The notes beneath the pieces are model-generated. The model ran no database searches. It was given only the letters and a program-made list of their open reading frames with translations, and was not told where the DNA came from. Position numbers and translations under genes: made by a program. DNA of 64,000 nt, from assembly GCA_902800645.1 (NCBI GenBank), contig CADCFC010000001.1:31985-95984 (forward strand), read 5' to 3'. The stretch comes from an uncultured Erysipelotrichaceae bacterium. Its GTDB lineage: Bacteria; Bacillota_I; Bacilli_A; RFN20; CAG-826. Positions 1 through 10,130 of this stretch are shown here, in pieces; position 1 is the stretch's first letter, and the number at the start of each line of letters is the position of its first letter.

Positions 1-2
1 GA

Positions 3-98
3 TATAAAAACGTTAATGAGATGGCAAGTGATATTAATAAAATTAAGCGTCGTGAGAAGCTTAAAAAAGAATCGCTATTTAAGAGGCTATTTAAATGA
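3..98 (+). CDS. 3' end of an unidentified upstream gene (partial, enters from window edge)
   Basis: Frame 3 is open from the window edge (YKNVNEMASDINKIKRREKLKKESLFKRLFK*). Its TGA overlaps the rsgA ATG (ATGA coupling). The fragment is too short to assign a family. Confidence 0.25.
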   Translation, partial: YKNVNEMASDINKIKRREKLKKESLFKRLFK

Positions 99-940
99 AA
101 GAGGGCATAATTGTTTCAATTAAATATGGCACTTACACAGTCTATAGTGAAGGAGTGTTTTTTAACACTTCTCCTCGTGGCACTCTTTCGTTTAAGAATA
201 AATTCATGGTGGGAGATAAAGTACTTCTTAGTGAAGAAAACTATATTATTGAAGCCTTATTAGATAGGAAGTCGTCTTTAAAAAGACCTATGATAAGTAA
301 TATTGATCAAATTCTTCTCGTCTTTTCGCTTAAAGAACCAGACTTCTCATATTATCTAGCGTTTAAATATCTTACCTACGCTAATTATAACGGAATTAAA
401 GCGTCTTTAGTTTTAACTAAATCCGACAAAAGCGAAGAGAAAGAAATTGATGAGATTAAAAATGTTTTTTCTCAAATTGGAATCGATACATACGTTACTT
501 GTTCAAAGAATAGTGAAGGTATTGAAGAGATTAAAACTCTGTTTAAAGATAAGATTAGTGTTTTAATCGGTCAAAGTGGTGTTGGAAAATCATCATTGCT
601 AAATGCGATAAGCGAAGATTTTTCTCGTGAAGTTGGAGAGTATTCTATTGCCTTAGGTAGAGGAAAACATCAAACAAAAGAAGTGATTTTATTACCTTAT
701 ATGGGCGGATTTATCGCGGACACTCCAGGTTTTTCTTCTTTAGAACTAGACATGGATAAGCTTGATGTCGCTCATTATTTTCCAAGCTTTGAGAAGGATT
801 CATTGAATTGCTTTTATTCAAATTGCCTTCATATTTCTGAAAAGAATTGTAAAATTAAAGAGAGAATATTAGAAGGAAAAATTCCTTCTATTGTCTACGA
901 TAACTATCTAAAATTGTTAGAAGAAGTGGAGAGACGTTGA
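95..940 (+). CDS. rsgA: Ribosome small-subunit-dependent GTPase A (RsgA/YloQ/CpgA)
   Basis: 281 aa with circularly permuted GTPase motifs (LTKSD, GQSGVGKSSLLN, DTPGF) and a C-terminal Cys/His zinc knuckle (CFYSNCLHISEKNC). An AAGAGG RBS lies upstream. It is followed by rpe, as in Bacillus. Confidence 0.9.
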   Translation: MKEGIIVSIKYGTYTVYSEGVFFNTSPRGTLSFKNKFMVGDKVLLSEENYIIEALLDRKSSLKRPMISNIDQILLVFSLKEPDFSYYLAFKYLTYANYNGIKASLVLTKSDKSEEKEIDEIKNVFSQIGIDTYVTCSKNSEGIEEIKTLFKDKISVLIGQSGVGKSSLLNAISEDFSREVGEYSIALGRGKHQTKEVILLPYMGGFIADTPGFSSLELDMDKLDVAHYFPSFEKDSLNCFYSNCLHISEKNCKIKERILEGKIPSIVYDNYLKLLEEVERR

Positions 941-941
941 T

Positions 942-1598
942 ATGAATAAAATTATTGTTGCCCCATCAATATTAAGTGCTGATTTTAATCATTTATTAGA
1001 AGACATTAAAAAAGTTGAAGAAGCAGGAGCAGAATGGCTTCATTTTGATGTCATGGATGGACACTTTGTTCCAAATATTTCTTTCGGACAACCTGTTTTA
1101 AAATCAATCTCTCATTCCCATAAGATGGTTAACGATGTTCATATCATGATTTCTGACCCATTTAAATACGCACCTGAATTCATAAAAGCTGGAGCAAATT
1201 TTTTAACCTTCCATTATGAAGCGTGCAAGAGTGATAAAGAGGTCTTTCAAGTCATTGATCTCATCCATGATTATGGCTGTAAAGCTGGTTTAAGCGTTAA
1301 ACCTAATACCCCAATTGAAAAAGTTTATCCTTTCTTATATTCTCTTGATCTAGTTTTAGTTATGTCTGTTGAACCTGGCTTTGGAGGTCAGAAATTTATT
1401 CCTGAATCATTCTCCAAGATTTTTAAATTAAGAGAATACATTAACACCAATAAGATTAAATGTTTAATTGAGGTTGATGGTGGAATTAATGAAGAAACCG
1501 CTAAAACATGTAAACTCGCTGGGGTTGATGTTTTAGTTGCTGGTAGTTATTTATTTGGTCACGACGACATTAAAGAGCGCATTGAAAAATTAAGATGA
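942..1598 (+). CDS. rpe: Ribulose-phosphate 3-epimerase
   Basis: 218 aa with PSILSADF, HFDVMDGHFVPNISFG and VEPGFGGQKF signatures. The TGA stop overlaps the next ATG. Confidence 0.9.
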   Translation: MNKIIVAPSILSADFNHLLEDIKKVEEAGAEWLHFDVMDGHFVPNISFGQPVLKSISHSHKMVNDVHIMISDPFKYAPEFIKAGANFLTFHYEACKSDKEVFQVIDLIHDYGCKAGLSVKPNTPIEKVYPFLYSLDLVLVMSVEPGFGGQKFIPESFSKIFKLREYINTNKIKCLIEVDGGINEETAKTCKLAGVDVLVAGSYLFGHDDIKERIEKLR

Positions 1599-2251
1599 AT
1601 AATTTGATTTATATTCTTGTTGCTGTATTCTCATTTTCTATTTTTACTCTATTAGCGTATTTATTCGCTATTAATGTTTTGAGTAAAAAGAAAAATAAAA
1701 AACTCGTTAATATGCGAAATGAGTTTCCTTTTGAAGTTGCTCCCCCGCTTAAAAGTGAGAGAACTTTTCTAAATGTTCTTTTGTTTTTATCTTTTGGCGG
1801 ACTAATTGTTAGTTATATTTTGTTCGCTGTTAAGTATTTGAATTTCTTGCCTGTCTTTTTGGTGATTCTTGTTACTCTATTAGCGTTTTGTTTATGCGCT
1901 ATTCCTTTTATTTATATTAGATACTTAAGAGAGCATTTATATTTAGACATAGCAATCGTTGCTATCTTTTTCTTTATAAGTGGATTATTATCTTATTTTT
2001 CTTTCTCAGTCATGAAGCTTATTAACTTCACTAATCCTAATCCAATTATCTCTTTTGTTATCTCTATTTTATTTTTGATCACGAGTTTATTATTCGTTCT
2101 TAACCCAAGATTATTTAATCTTAATAATGAAGTTAATGAAGAAAGCAATACAAGAAGAAAAACTATTCCTCTTTGTGCTTGTGAATGGACGATTCTTTTG
2201 TCTAGTAACTTATTAGTCGTTCCTTTAATTTTATTAGCAACCGTTTTATAG
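1595..2251 (+). CDS. Hypothetical polytopic membrane protein
   Basis: 218 aa, very hydrophobic with about 6 predicted TM stretches by eye, and ATGA-coupled to rpe. It occupies the slot held by thiN/yloS in Bacillus. No recognisable motifs. Confidence 0.5.
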   Translation: MNNLIYILVAVFSFSIFTLLAYLFAINVLSKKKNKKLVNMRNEFPFEVAPPLKSERTFLNVLLFLSFGGLIVSYILFAVKYLNFLPVFLVILVTLLAFCLCAIPFIYIRYLREHLYLDIAIVAIFFFISGLLSYFSFSVMKLINFTNPNPIISFVISILFLITSLLFVLNPRLFNLNNEVNEESNTRRKTIPLCACEWTILLSSNLLVVPLILLATVL

Positions 2252-2254
2252 GTA

Positions 2255-2290
2255 TAAAAAAATGACCATAAGGTCATAATTTCATTTTTA
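2255..2290. terminator. Intrinsic terminator between convergent genes (mainly serves rpmB)
   Basis: Hairpin ATGACC-ataa-GGTCAT (2262-2277) is flanked by an A-run on the + strand (a T-run when read on the - strand) and by aatttcattttt on the 3' side. Confidence 0.5.
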
Positions 2291-2300
2291 CAGAACTTGA

Positions 2301-2489
2301 TTATTTTTCGACTTTATTGAGGGTTCTATAAGCACGAGTAGACATACGAACGCGTGTTTCTTTACCATCAACTAAGACTGTACGAGTTTGTAAATTTGTA
2401 TTCCATTTTCTACGAGTAGCTCTTAAAGAATGGGAACGGTTATTACCACTGACTGGTCCTTTTCCGGTGACTGGACATACTCTTGACAT
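2301..2489 (-). CDS. rpmB: 50S ribosomal protein L28
   Basis: 62 aa, MSRVCPVTGKGPVSGNNRSHSLRATRRKWNTNLQ..., a typical L28. A GGAGG RBS lies upstream. Confidence 0.9.
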   Translation of the reverse strand: MSRVCPVTGKGPVSGNNRSHSLRATRRKWNTNLQTRTVLVDGKETRVRMSTRAYRTLNKVEK

Positions 2490-2594
2490 ATCGTGACCTC
2501 CTTAAGCGTCTTGTAAAATCTATCACAAGTAAGAATATAAAAGCAATAATTAATTTAATTATTTTGTCGCACTAAGTCTATTAAAGAAGAAAGA

Positions 2595-3074
2595 TTAATA
2601 TTTTTCTTCTGGGTGTTTTTGTCTAAATTCCTCTTTACTCATTGTTGGAGGACATTTTTTAATTAATGTTTCAAGTAGCTTATTTTCTTTGTCGGCAAGA
2701 AGATATCTCATTCCACTTTTTGGAGAATAAAAGATTACTTGCTTCTTCTTATTGCTCTCATCAATATCGATAAATTCGATATTCTTATAATCAAACTCTA
2801 AAGTCTTTCCATATTTTTTGATGATGAACGACTTATTTTCAATGATGTAGTAATAATTTTTAATGGTGATGAAATAAAAGACGATAGGAAGAACAAAAAT
2901 AAGGACCAAAATTATTATTTGGGTTGGACCAATTGGGTAAGTATAAAAAGTATTAGTCTCTCTACTATAGCCCATAAACATTCCTGAAGTTATCCCAAAC
3001 ATCGCAATAATAAAAACTAGAGCGGCAATTAGATACCTCCAGGTAATTCTCCAAGTGTCAACTTTCACTATCAT
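2595..3074 (-). CDS. Hypothetical membrane protein (two N-terminal TM segments plus a soluble domain, possibly bacterial PH-like)
   Basis: 159 aa with two hydrophobic helices followed by a ~80-aa charged domain. The family assignment rests only on architecture. Confidence 0.45.
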   Translation of the reverse strand: MIVKVDTWRITWRYLIAALVFIIAMFGITSGMFMGYSRETNTFYTYPIGPTQIIILVLIFVLPIVFYFITIKNYYYIIENKSFIIKKYGKTLEFDYKNIEFIDIDESNKKKQVIFYSPKSGMRYLLADKENKLLETLIKKCPPTMSKEEFRQKHPEEKY

Positions 3075-3258
3075 GAAAATAATTTTACTCCAAATGACAT
3101 AAAAGATAAAGAAAAGCAGATATATAACCTACATATATTATTTTTTGTTAGAAAAAATTGTAGACCATTTAAATTTTTATATAAATAAATATAATTTATT
3201 TGCTTTCTAAAAATGTCGCTGAGTAGTATCATAATACTAACGGAGGGTTATATATAGT

Positions 3259-4389
3259 ATGCCAAGTACAAAAAAAGTTGTAGCGATGATTCTTGCCGGT
3301 GGAAAAGGCACACGTCTTGAATCTCTTACAAAGAAGACTGCTAAACCAGCGGTTTCTTTTGCTGCAAAATATCGTATTATTGATTTCCCAATTTCAAACT
3401 GTGCGAATAGTGGAATAAACACTGTCGGCATTTTGATGCAATACGAATCAACACAATTAGATGCTTATATTGGGAACGGAAAGAAATGGGGATTAAACGG
3501 TGTTCACTGTTTAATGTCTACTTTAGCACCTAAACAAACTGAGCAAGGTGCTAATTGGTATCGCGGAACAGCGGACGCAATTACTCAAAATATTGATTTT
3601 TTAGACAACGCTAATCCTGATTATGTCTTAATTCTTTCTGGTGACCATATTTATAAAACAAGTTATTCAGAGATGATTAATTTACATGAAACTAGTGGAG
3701 CGGATGTCACAATTTCAGTCATTGAAGTTGATCCAAAAGAAGCTAGTAGATTCGGAATTATGGTTTGTGATGACAAAGATCAAATCGTTCAATTCCAAGA
3801 AAAACCTAAAAACCCAGTTAGCAATTTAGCAAGTATGGGTGTTTATATCTTCTCCTGGAAGGTTTTAAGAAAATATCTTAAGGAAGATGAAGTTAATCCT
3901 GATAGTGAACACGATTTTGGAAAGAATATCATTCCTCAAATGCTCGCTGATAAAAGAAAGCTTCTAGCTTATAGATTTAAAGGCTATTGGAGAGATGTTG
4001 GAACTTTAGCTTCTCTTCATGAAGCAAATATGGATATCGCATTAGATAAAGGTGAATTAAATCTTTATGATGATGCCTCTACTCAGATTTACACCGAAGA
4101 TGTTTATAGCGTTCCTCAATACGTTGGTAAAAGAGGTTCTATAAAAAGAAGCATTGCTAATCAAGGCGCAATCATCCTTGGCGATGTCGATTCTTCGGTC
4201 ATCTCTACTGGTGTTGTCATTGAAAATGACACGAAGGTTACTCGTTGCGTAGTTATGGAAGGCGTCGTTATTAAAAGAGGCGCTAAGATACATAATGCAA
4301 TTATTGCCCCTAATAGTGTTATTGAAGAGAACAGTGAAATTAACTTAGGCAAAGATGAAGTTGTCTTAGTTAACACTGTCAATAAATAG
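3259..4389 (+). CDS. glgC: Glucose-1-phosphate adenylyltransferase, catalytic subunit
   Basis: 376 aa with the N-terminal ILAGGKGTRL nucleotide-binding motif and a C-terminal left-handed beta-helix repeat region. A GGAGGG RBS is present. Confidence 0.9.
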   Translation: MPSTKKVVAMILAGGKGTRLESLTKKTAKPAVSFAAKYRIIDFPISNCANSGINTVGILMQYESTQLDAYIGNGKKWGLNGVHCLMSTLAPKQTEQGANWYRGTADAITQNIDFLDNANPDYVLILSGDHIYKTSYSEMINLHETSGADVTISVIEVDPKEASRFGIMVCDDKDQIVQFQEKPKNPVSNLASMGVYIFSWKVLRKYLKEDEVNPDSEHDFGKNIIPQMLADKRKLLAYRFKGYWRDVGTLASLHEANMDIALDKGELNLYDDASTQIYTEDVYSVPQYVGKRGSIKRSIANQGAIILGDVDSSVISTGVVIENDTKVTRCVVMEGVVIKRGAKIHNAIIAPNSVIEENSEINLGKDEVVLVNTVNK

Positions 4390-4401
4390 GAGGTTACATC
4401 A

Positions 4402-5517
4402 ATGAATAAAGTTATTGGATTTTGTAATTTACATACTGAACCACACCTTGGAGAGATCACAAAAAATCGTCCTCTTGCAGCCTTATCATTTTTAGGAAGA
4501 TATGGAATTATTGATTTCACCTTATCAAACTTTTCAAATTCTCATATCGATAACGTATATGTTTTAGTTAGAAAAGGAATTGTTTCTATCCGTAGACATA
4601 TCGGTAGTGGAAGTAACTTTGTTAATAACACTGTACTTGGCTCCATCCAACTCCTCATTAATGAAAAAGGATTATCAAATAAACCATTTAATACAGACAT
4701 CAATAATATCAAGGAAAATTTCGACCTCGATGAATTTGATTTTGATTATGCGGTTATCGCTCCAAGCTATTTCCTTTCTAGCATGGATTTCCGTCCACTT
4801 ATTGCAAAGCATATTGAAAGTGGAAGCGCAATTTCAGTCGTTTATAAGCACGTGAACGACGCTGATAAGGAATACATTCAATGTGACAAACTCAAGTTTG
4901 ATCCACGTGGAAGAGTTATTAAAAGCAGTAAAAATATCGGCAGAACTAACGAAGCAGACGTCTCCTTAGAGACTTTCATCGTTTCTAAGAAAGCTCTTAA
5001 GAAGATCGTTGATAGTGTTTCTAAAGTTTCGGAATTATATAACATTAGAGACATGGTTAATTTCTTCATTGAAGAAGAAGTCGTTGACGTTCAAGGAATT
5101 GAATTTGATGGATTCGTCGTTCCAATTTTAACTCTTGAAGGATATATCAATCATTCCTTAGATTTGCTTAATTACCATGTAAGAAACCAACTCTTCCAAG
5201 AGAATTGGCCAGTTTACACAACCACACATAATACTCCACCCGCTCTTTACGGTAAGGATAGCGATGTCAAAAATAGTTTCATCGCTAACGGAGCAATTAT
5301 TAAAGGCAAAGTTACTAATTCCATCATTTCTCGTGAAGTGGTGATTGAAAAAGGCGCAGAAGTTAAAAACTCCATCATCTTTACTCGTTCTGTTATCGGA
5401 AAAGATGTAAAGCTTGAACGCGTCCTTTGTGATAAAAATGTCTCGATTTCCGTTAACAAAAAATTAAACGGTGAACCAAATGAGACTTTAGTCATCTCTC
5501 AAGGAGCTAGAATTTAA
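4402..5517 (+). CDS. glgD: Glucose-1-phosphate adenylyltransferase, GlgD regulatory subunit
   Basis: 371 aa and paralogous to GlgC, but it lacks the GGxGxRL motif (it has LSFLGRYGIIDFTLSN). It sits between glgC and glgA as in Firmicutes. An AGGAGG RBS is present. Confidence 0.75.
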   Translation: MNKVIGFCNLHTEPHLGEITKNRPLAALSFLGRYGIIDFTLSNFSNSHIDNVYVLVRKGIVSIRRHIGSGSNFVNNTVLGSIQLLINEKGLSNKPFNTDINNIKENFDLDEFDFDYAVIAPSYFLSSMDFRPLIAKHIESGSAISVVYKHVNDADKEYIQCDKLKFDPRGRVIKSSKNIGRTNEADVSLETFIVSKKALKKIVDSVSKVSELYNIRDMVNFFIEEEVVDVQGIEFDGFVVPILTLEGYINHSLDLLNYHVRNQLFQENWPVYTTTHNTPPALYGKDSDVKNSFIANGAIIKGKVTNSIISREVVIEKGAEVKNSIIFTRSVIGKDVKLERVLCDKNVSISVNKKLNGEPNETLVISQGARI

Positions 5518-6944
5518 TGAAAATCGCAATGATTTGTTCTGAAGCCAATCCATTTATTAAAACTGGTGGATTAGCGGATGTAACTTATTCTTTATCTAAA
5601 GAATTAGTAAAAATGGGCGAAGAAGTTATGATCGCTCTTCCTTACTATAACCAAATTAAAGCCAAACAATTAGCGGTTGAATATGTTGGTAGTATCACTG
5701 TTAATATGTCGTGGAGAGTCGAAACTAGTAGTATTTATAAATACGACTGCGATGGAATTCACTATTTTTTCATCGAAAATCGTCATTATTTTGAACGCGA
5801 TGGTGTTTATGGTTATGACGACGATGGTGAGCGTTTTGCTTTTTACACTTTAGCGGTCGCTCAATTAATGCCACTAGTGAAATTCCAACCAGATATCATT
5901 CATTGTCATGACTGGCAACCAGGAATGCTTTCTTGTTATATCAAAACTAATAAGATGGATTTTTATAAAAACACTAAATATGTTTTCTCTATTCATAATC
6001 CTGCCTTCCAAGGAATGATCGACCGTTATTCTTTAGGAGATTTATATAATTTGCCTGATTCCTTATATATTAGCGGTCAAGTTGAATTCAAAGGTAAAGT
6101 TTCAACTTTAAAAACTGGAATTATTTTCGCTGATAAGGTGACTACTGTTTCACCAAATCACCGCGAAGAACTTCTCACTCCAGAAGGAAGTATGGGTCTA
6201 AGCGATGTTTTAAGATTCAAGGAATATGATTTCTGTGGATTTTTAAACGGTATCGACTATAACGAATTTAATCCAAGTAGTGATAAATATATTGCTAAAG
6301 AATTTAGCTTAAAGAATTATTTGACTGGTAAAAAAGAGAATAAGAAAGCTGTTTTATCTCGCTTTAATTTAAAAGATGAAACTGCCCCTTTATATTCTCT
6401 TGTTAGCCGTATCACTTGGCAAAAGGGAATGAACCTTGTTTTTGCGGCAGTTAGAGATCTCGCTAAAAGAGGAGCGAACATTGTTCTTCTTGGTAGCGGA
6501 GAATATGACTGCGAGCAACAAATGGAAGCTCTTAGAAGAGAATTCCCTGATCACGTCGGAATTTATGTTGGTTATAATAACGCTTTAGCGCATCAAATCT
6601 ACGCTGGCAGTGATTTCTTTATGATGCCTTCATTATTTGAACCATGTGGTCTAGGGCAAATGATTGCTCAAAGATATGGCACCCTTCCAATTGTTAGACG
6701 TACGGGCGGATTAAAAGATTCAGTTATCAATTATGATAGCTCTAACGCTTCTACTTCTAATGGATTTGGATTTGATAATTATAGTGAATGGGATATGGTG
6801 CAAACATGTGTTTACGCTTTAGATGTTTACTATAATCACAAAGACGTTTTTAAAGAATTAGTGAAGAACGCTCTTAAGACCGATAACTCTTGGGAAAAGA
6901 GTGTTAGACAATATCATGGTCTATATTCTTCATTATTAAAATAA
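5517..6944 (+). CDS. glgA: Glycogen synthase (ADP-glucose type)
   Basis: 475 aa with the KTGGLADV motif near the N-terminus and a GT5/GT1 C-terminal region ([19 protein letters not shown]). Confidence 0.9.
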   Translation: MKIAMICSEANPFIKTGGLADVTYSLSKELVKMGEEVMIALPYYNQIKAKQLAVEYVGSITVNMSWRVETSSIYKYDCDGIHYFFIENRHYFERDGVYGYDDDGERFAFYTLAVAQLMPLVKFQPDIIHCHDWQPGMLSCYIKTNKMDFYKNTKYVFSIHNPAFQGMIDRYSLGDLYNLPDSLYISGQVEFKGKVSTLKTGIIFADKVTTVSPNHREELLTPEGSMGLSDVLRFKEYDFCGFLNGIDYNEFNPSSDKYIAKEFSLKNYLTGKKENKKAVLSRFNLKDETAPLYSLVSRITWQKGMNLVFAAVRDLAKRGANIVLLGSGEYDCEQQMEALRREFPDHVGIYVGYNNALAHQIYAGSDFFMMPSLFEPCGLGQMIAQRYGTLPIVRRTGGLKDSVINYDSSNASTSNGFGFDNYSEWDMVQTCVYALDVYYNHKDVFKELVKNALKTDNSWEKSVRQYHGLYSSLLK

Positions 6945-6969
6945 TATTTATATTATTTCGAGGTATTTT

Positions 6970-9375
6970 ATGGGTTACGATTACAAGAAAATTGAGCCTA
7001 AATGGCAGAAAGTTTGGGAAGAAAAAGAAACATATAAGTGCGATACATATGATTTTTCAAAACCTAAATATTACATATTAGATATGTTCCCTTATCCTAG
7101 CGGACAAGGTTTACACGTCGGTCATCCAGAAGGCTACACCGCTAGTGATGTTTTGGCGAGAATGAAAAGAATGCAAGGATTTAATGTCCTCCATCCAATC
7201 GGCTGGGATTCTTTTGGCTTACCCGCTGAACAATATGCGATGAAAACTAATCAACACCCATCTATCATTACCGAGAAAAACATTAACAATTTCCGCAAAC
7301 AAATAAAATCCTTAGGATTTTCTTACGACTGGAATCGCGAATTCGCAACTAGCGATCCTAAATATTACAAATGGACCCAGTGGATCTTTTTAAAGATGTT
7401 TGAAAACGATTTAGCTTATGTCGATTATCGCCCTGTTAATTTCTGTCCAACTTTAGGTACAGTATTAGCTAACGAAGAAGTGATTGACGGAAAAAGCGAA
7501 GTCGGTGGTTATCCTGTTATTAGAAAGCCAATGAGACAATGGCTACTTAGAATCACTAACTATGCAGATAAATTACTCGATGGACTCGATACCTTAGATT
7601 GGCCAATTAGTACTTTAGAAATGCAAAAGAATTGGATCGGTAAATCAATTGGAGCGAAAGTCAAATTTAAAATTAAAGATAGCGATTTAAGTTTTGAAGT
7701 CTTTACTACTCGTGTTGACACACTTTACGGTTGTTCTTATTGCGTTCTTGCTCCTGAGCATCCTTTGGTGAAACAAATTGTTTCTAAAGAACAATTAGAA
7801 GCAGTAAACGAATATCTCAAACAAATTGAAAGTAAATCTGATTTAGAAAGAACTGAACTCAATAAAGATAAGACTGGTGTTTATTTAGGAAGAGAAGCCA
7901 TTAACCCAATTAATGGTGTCGCTGTTCCAATTTACATTGGAGATTATGTTTTAGCGAGCTATGGTAGTGGGGCTGTTATGGCAGTTCCTGCTCACGACGA
8001 AAGAGATTACGCTTTCGCTAAAAAGTATAACTTACCAATTAAGCAAGTCTTAGAGGGAGATATTAGTAAAGAAGCATTTACTGGTGACGCTCCTCATATC
8101 AATAGTGATATCGCTAATGGAATGAATATTAAAGACGCAAAAGAAGCAATCTTAAATAAACTCATCAAAGAAGGAAATGGAGAGAAGCAAGTTAACTATA
8201 AACTCCGCGATTGGTTATTCTCTCGTCAAAGATATTGGGGTGAACCTATTCCTATCGTCTTAAAAGATGATAACACTTTAGTTCCTTTATCAACTTATGA
8301 TCTTCCTTTAATCCTTCCAGAGATGGAAGAATATAAACCTAGTGGAACTGGTGAATCTCCTTTAGCAAATGCTAAAGAATGGCTCTCAGTTACTTTAAGT
8401 GATGGCTCTCACGGTACTAGAGAAACTAACACAATGCCACAATGGGCGGGAAGCTGTTGGTATTATATCCGCTACATTGATCCACATAATGATTCTGCTA
8501 TTGCAGATAAAAAATTATTAGATCACTGGCTGCCAGTTGATTTATATATCGGTGGAGCAGAACACGCAGTTTTGCACCTTTTATACGCTAGATTCTGGCA
8601 CAAGTTCCTATATGATCAAGGAATTGTTTCAACTCCAGAGCCATTTAAGAAATTGTTCCATCAAGGAATGATTCTTGGTAGTAATGGAGAAAAGATGTCT
8701 AAATCTAGAGGCAACGTCATTAACCCAGACGATGTCGTTAATGATTATGGCGCTGATTCGCTTAGACTTTATGAGATGTTTATGGGGCCACTTGAAGCAT
8801 CTTTGCCATGGAGTGACACCGGACTTGATGGCGCTAAAAAATATCTAGATAGAGTTTACCGTTTATTCTCAGAAGAAGAATTTACAAAGAAATTCACTTA
8901 TGAAAACGACGGAAAACTTGATTACATCTATAACTTCTCAATCAAGAAAATTACCGCTGATTTTGAAGCATTAAAATTTAATACCGCGATAAGTCAAATG
9001 ATGGTCTTCACTAATGAATTATATAAGAGTGAAAAACTTTACGTTCCTTATCTTGAAGGATTCATCAAAACTTTAGCGTGTATTGCTCCTCATCTCGGTG
9101 AAGAGATTTGGGAAATGCTTGGCCATAAAGATTTGATCGATTTTGAAGCTTGGCCGATTTATGACGAGAGCAAGATTGTTCTCAATTTGATCAATATCGC
9201 TGTTTCTGTTAACGGAAAGTTAAGAGCGACATTAGAAGTTAAACCTGATTTAGATGATGAAGAAATTAAGTCTCTTGCTCTTTCTTTAGAAGCGATTAAA
9301 CGCCACACTGAAGGAAAAGAAATTAAAAAGATTATTGTTGTTAAAAACAAAATTGTTAATATCGTGGCTATATAA
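6970..9375 (+). CDS. leuS: Leucyl-tRNA synthetase
   Basis: 801 aa with the HIGH-type motif ([12 protein letters not shown]) and KMSKS (KMSKSRGN). Confidence 0.95.
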   Translation: MGYDYKKIEPKWQKVWEEKETYKCDTYDFSKPKYYILDMFPYPSGQGLHVGHPEGYTASDVLARMKRMQGFNVLHPIGWDSFGLPAEQYAMKTNQHPSIITEKNINNFRKQIKSLGFSYDWNREFATSDPKYYKWTQWIFLKMFENDLAYVDYRPVNFCPTLGTVLANEEVIDGKSEVGGYPVIRKPMRQWLLRITNYADKLLDGLDTLDWPISTLEMQKNWIGKSIGAKVKFKIKDSDLSFEVFTTRVDTLYGCSYCVLAPEHPLVKQIVSKEQLEAVNEYLKQIESKSDLERTELNKDKTGVYLGREAINPINGVAVPIYIGDYVLASYGSGAVMAVPAHDERDYAFAKKYNLPIKQVLEGDISKEAFTGDAPHINSDIANGMNIKDAKEAILNKLIKEGNGEKQVNYKLRDWLFSRQRYWGEPIPIVLKDDNTLVPLSTYDLPLILPEMEEYKPSGTGESPLANAKEWLSVTLSDGSHGTRETNTMPQWAGSCWYYIRYIDPHNDSAIADKKLLDHWLPVDLYIGGAEHAVLHLLYARFWHKFLYDQGIVSTPEPFKKLFHQGMILGSNGEKMSKSRGNVINPDDVVNDYGADSLRLYEMFMGPLEASLPWSDTGLDGAKKYLDRVYRLFSEEEFTKKFTYENDGKLDYIYNFSIKKITADFEALKFNTAISQMMVFTNELYKSEKLYVPYLEGFIKTLACIAPHLGEEIWEMLGHKDLIDFEAWPIYDESKIVLNLINIAVSVNGKLRATLEVKPDLDDEEIKSLALSLEAIKRHTEGKEIKKIIVVKNKIVNIVAI

Positions 9376-9377
9376 AT

Positions 9378-10130
9378 ATGTATATTCTTGTTGATGTTGG
9401 TAACACTGCTTGTAAATTTGCACTTTTAAATAAGGGGAAGCTAGATTTTGTTGGACGCTTATTTAATAGTGACGTTTCCTTAATCAAATTAAAGGAAATG
9501 TTTTCTAGTGTTAATAGTGTTAATGGAATATATATATCTTCAGTTAATCCTAAGATTAAAGAGATTGTGATGATTTCTTTAAAGGAGATTACCGGAATAG
9601 AAGCAGTAGTTATTGATAACACCTTCTTTGATAGTAGCTTCTTAAAAATAGACAATAAAGAAGAATTGGGTGTTGATTTATATTGCGACCTTCTCGCTGC
9701 AAAAAAAGAATATAAAAATGAATTCGCTATTATTGATTTAGGAACAGCTACAAAAATTCTTTTTGTTGATAAAGAAGGCAGCTTTTCTAGCTGTGCAATT
9801 TTCTTAGGCTATCAAAAGAGCAAAGAAATATTATCTAACTCAACTGCTTTGCTTCCAAATGTTAAGCGAGGAAAGATTAAACCTATTAGTGAATGCCATA
9901 ATACGATTGATGTCATTGATAGCAGTGCATATTTCTCACATATTGATTCAATTAATGGAATTATTATGCGTCACGAAAAAGATGTTGGATATTCTTATAA
10001 AAGAATATATACAGGTGGGAACTTCATCGATTTTAAAGATGAATTTTATAAAGAGAATTATGACGAATACCTCGTACTTAAAGGTATCGCTATTATTATA
10101 GAAAGTAGGGAAAATAATGAAAAAAACTAA
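9378..10130 (+). CDS. coaX: Type III pantothenate kinase
   Basis: 250 aa with an N-terminal ILVDVGNTACKFAL phosphate-1 motif and an ASKHA fold pattern (IDLGTATK). Confidence 0.8.
   Translation: MYILVDVGNTACKFALLNKGKLDFVGRLFNSDVSLIKLKEMFSSVNSVNGIYISSVNPKIKEIVMISLKEITGIEAVVIDNTFFDSSFLKIDNKEELGVDLYCDLLAAKKEYKNEFAIIDLGTATKILFVDKEGSFSSCAIFLGYQKSKEILSNSTALLPNVKRGKIKPISECHNTIDVIDSSAYFSHIDSINGIIMRHEKDVGYSYKRIYTGGNFIDFKDEFYKENYDEYLVLKGIAIIIESRENNEKN

Noticed and set aside
4057-4520. Antisense ORFs (78 and 119 aa) across the glgC 3' end and glgD start. The same applies to similar short ORFs at 1993-2277, 3237-3431, 4580-5495, 9159-9655, 11288-11839, 15278-15532, 22867-23064, 27060-27254, 30765-32650, 34386-34634, 35297-35699, 40023-40226, 41802-42149, 42895-43513, 48191-49716, 50609-52214, 55199-55414, 56195-56383, 59338-59553 and 62451-62645.
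   Set aside because: All of them are embedded in, or antisense to, strongly supported conserved genes. They lack RBS and recognisable motifs and have low-complexity translations.
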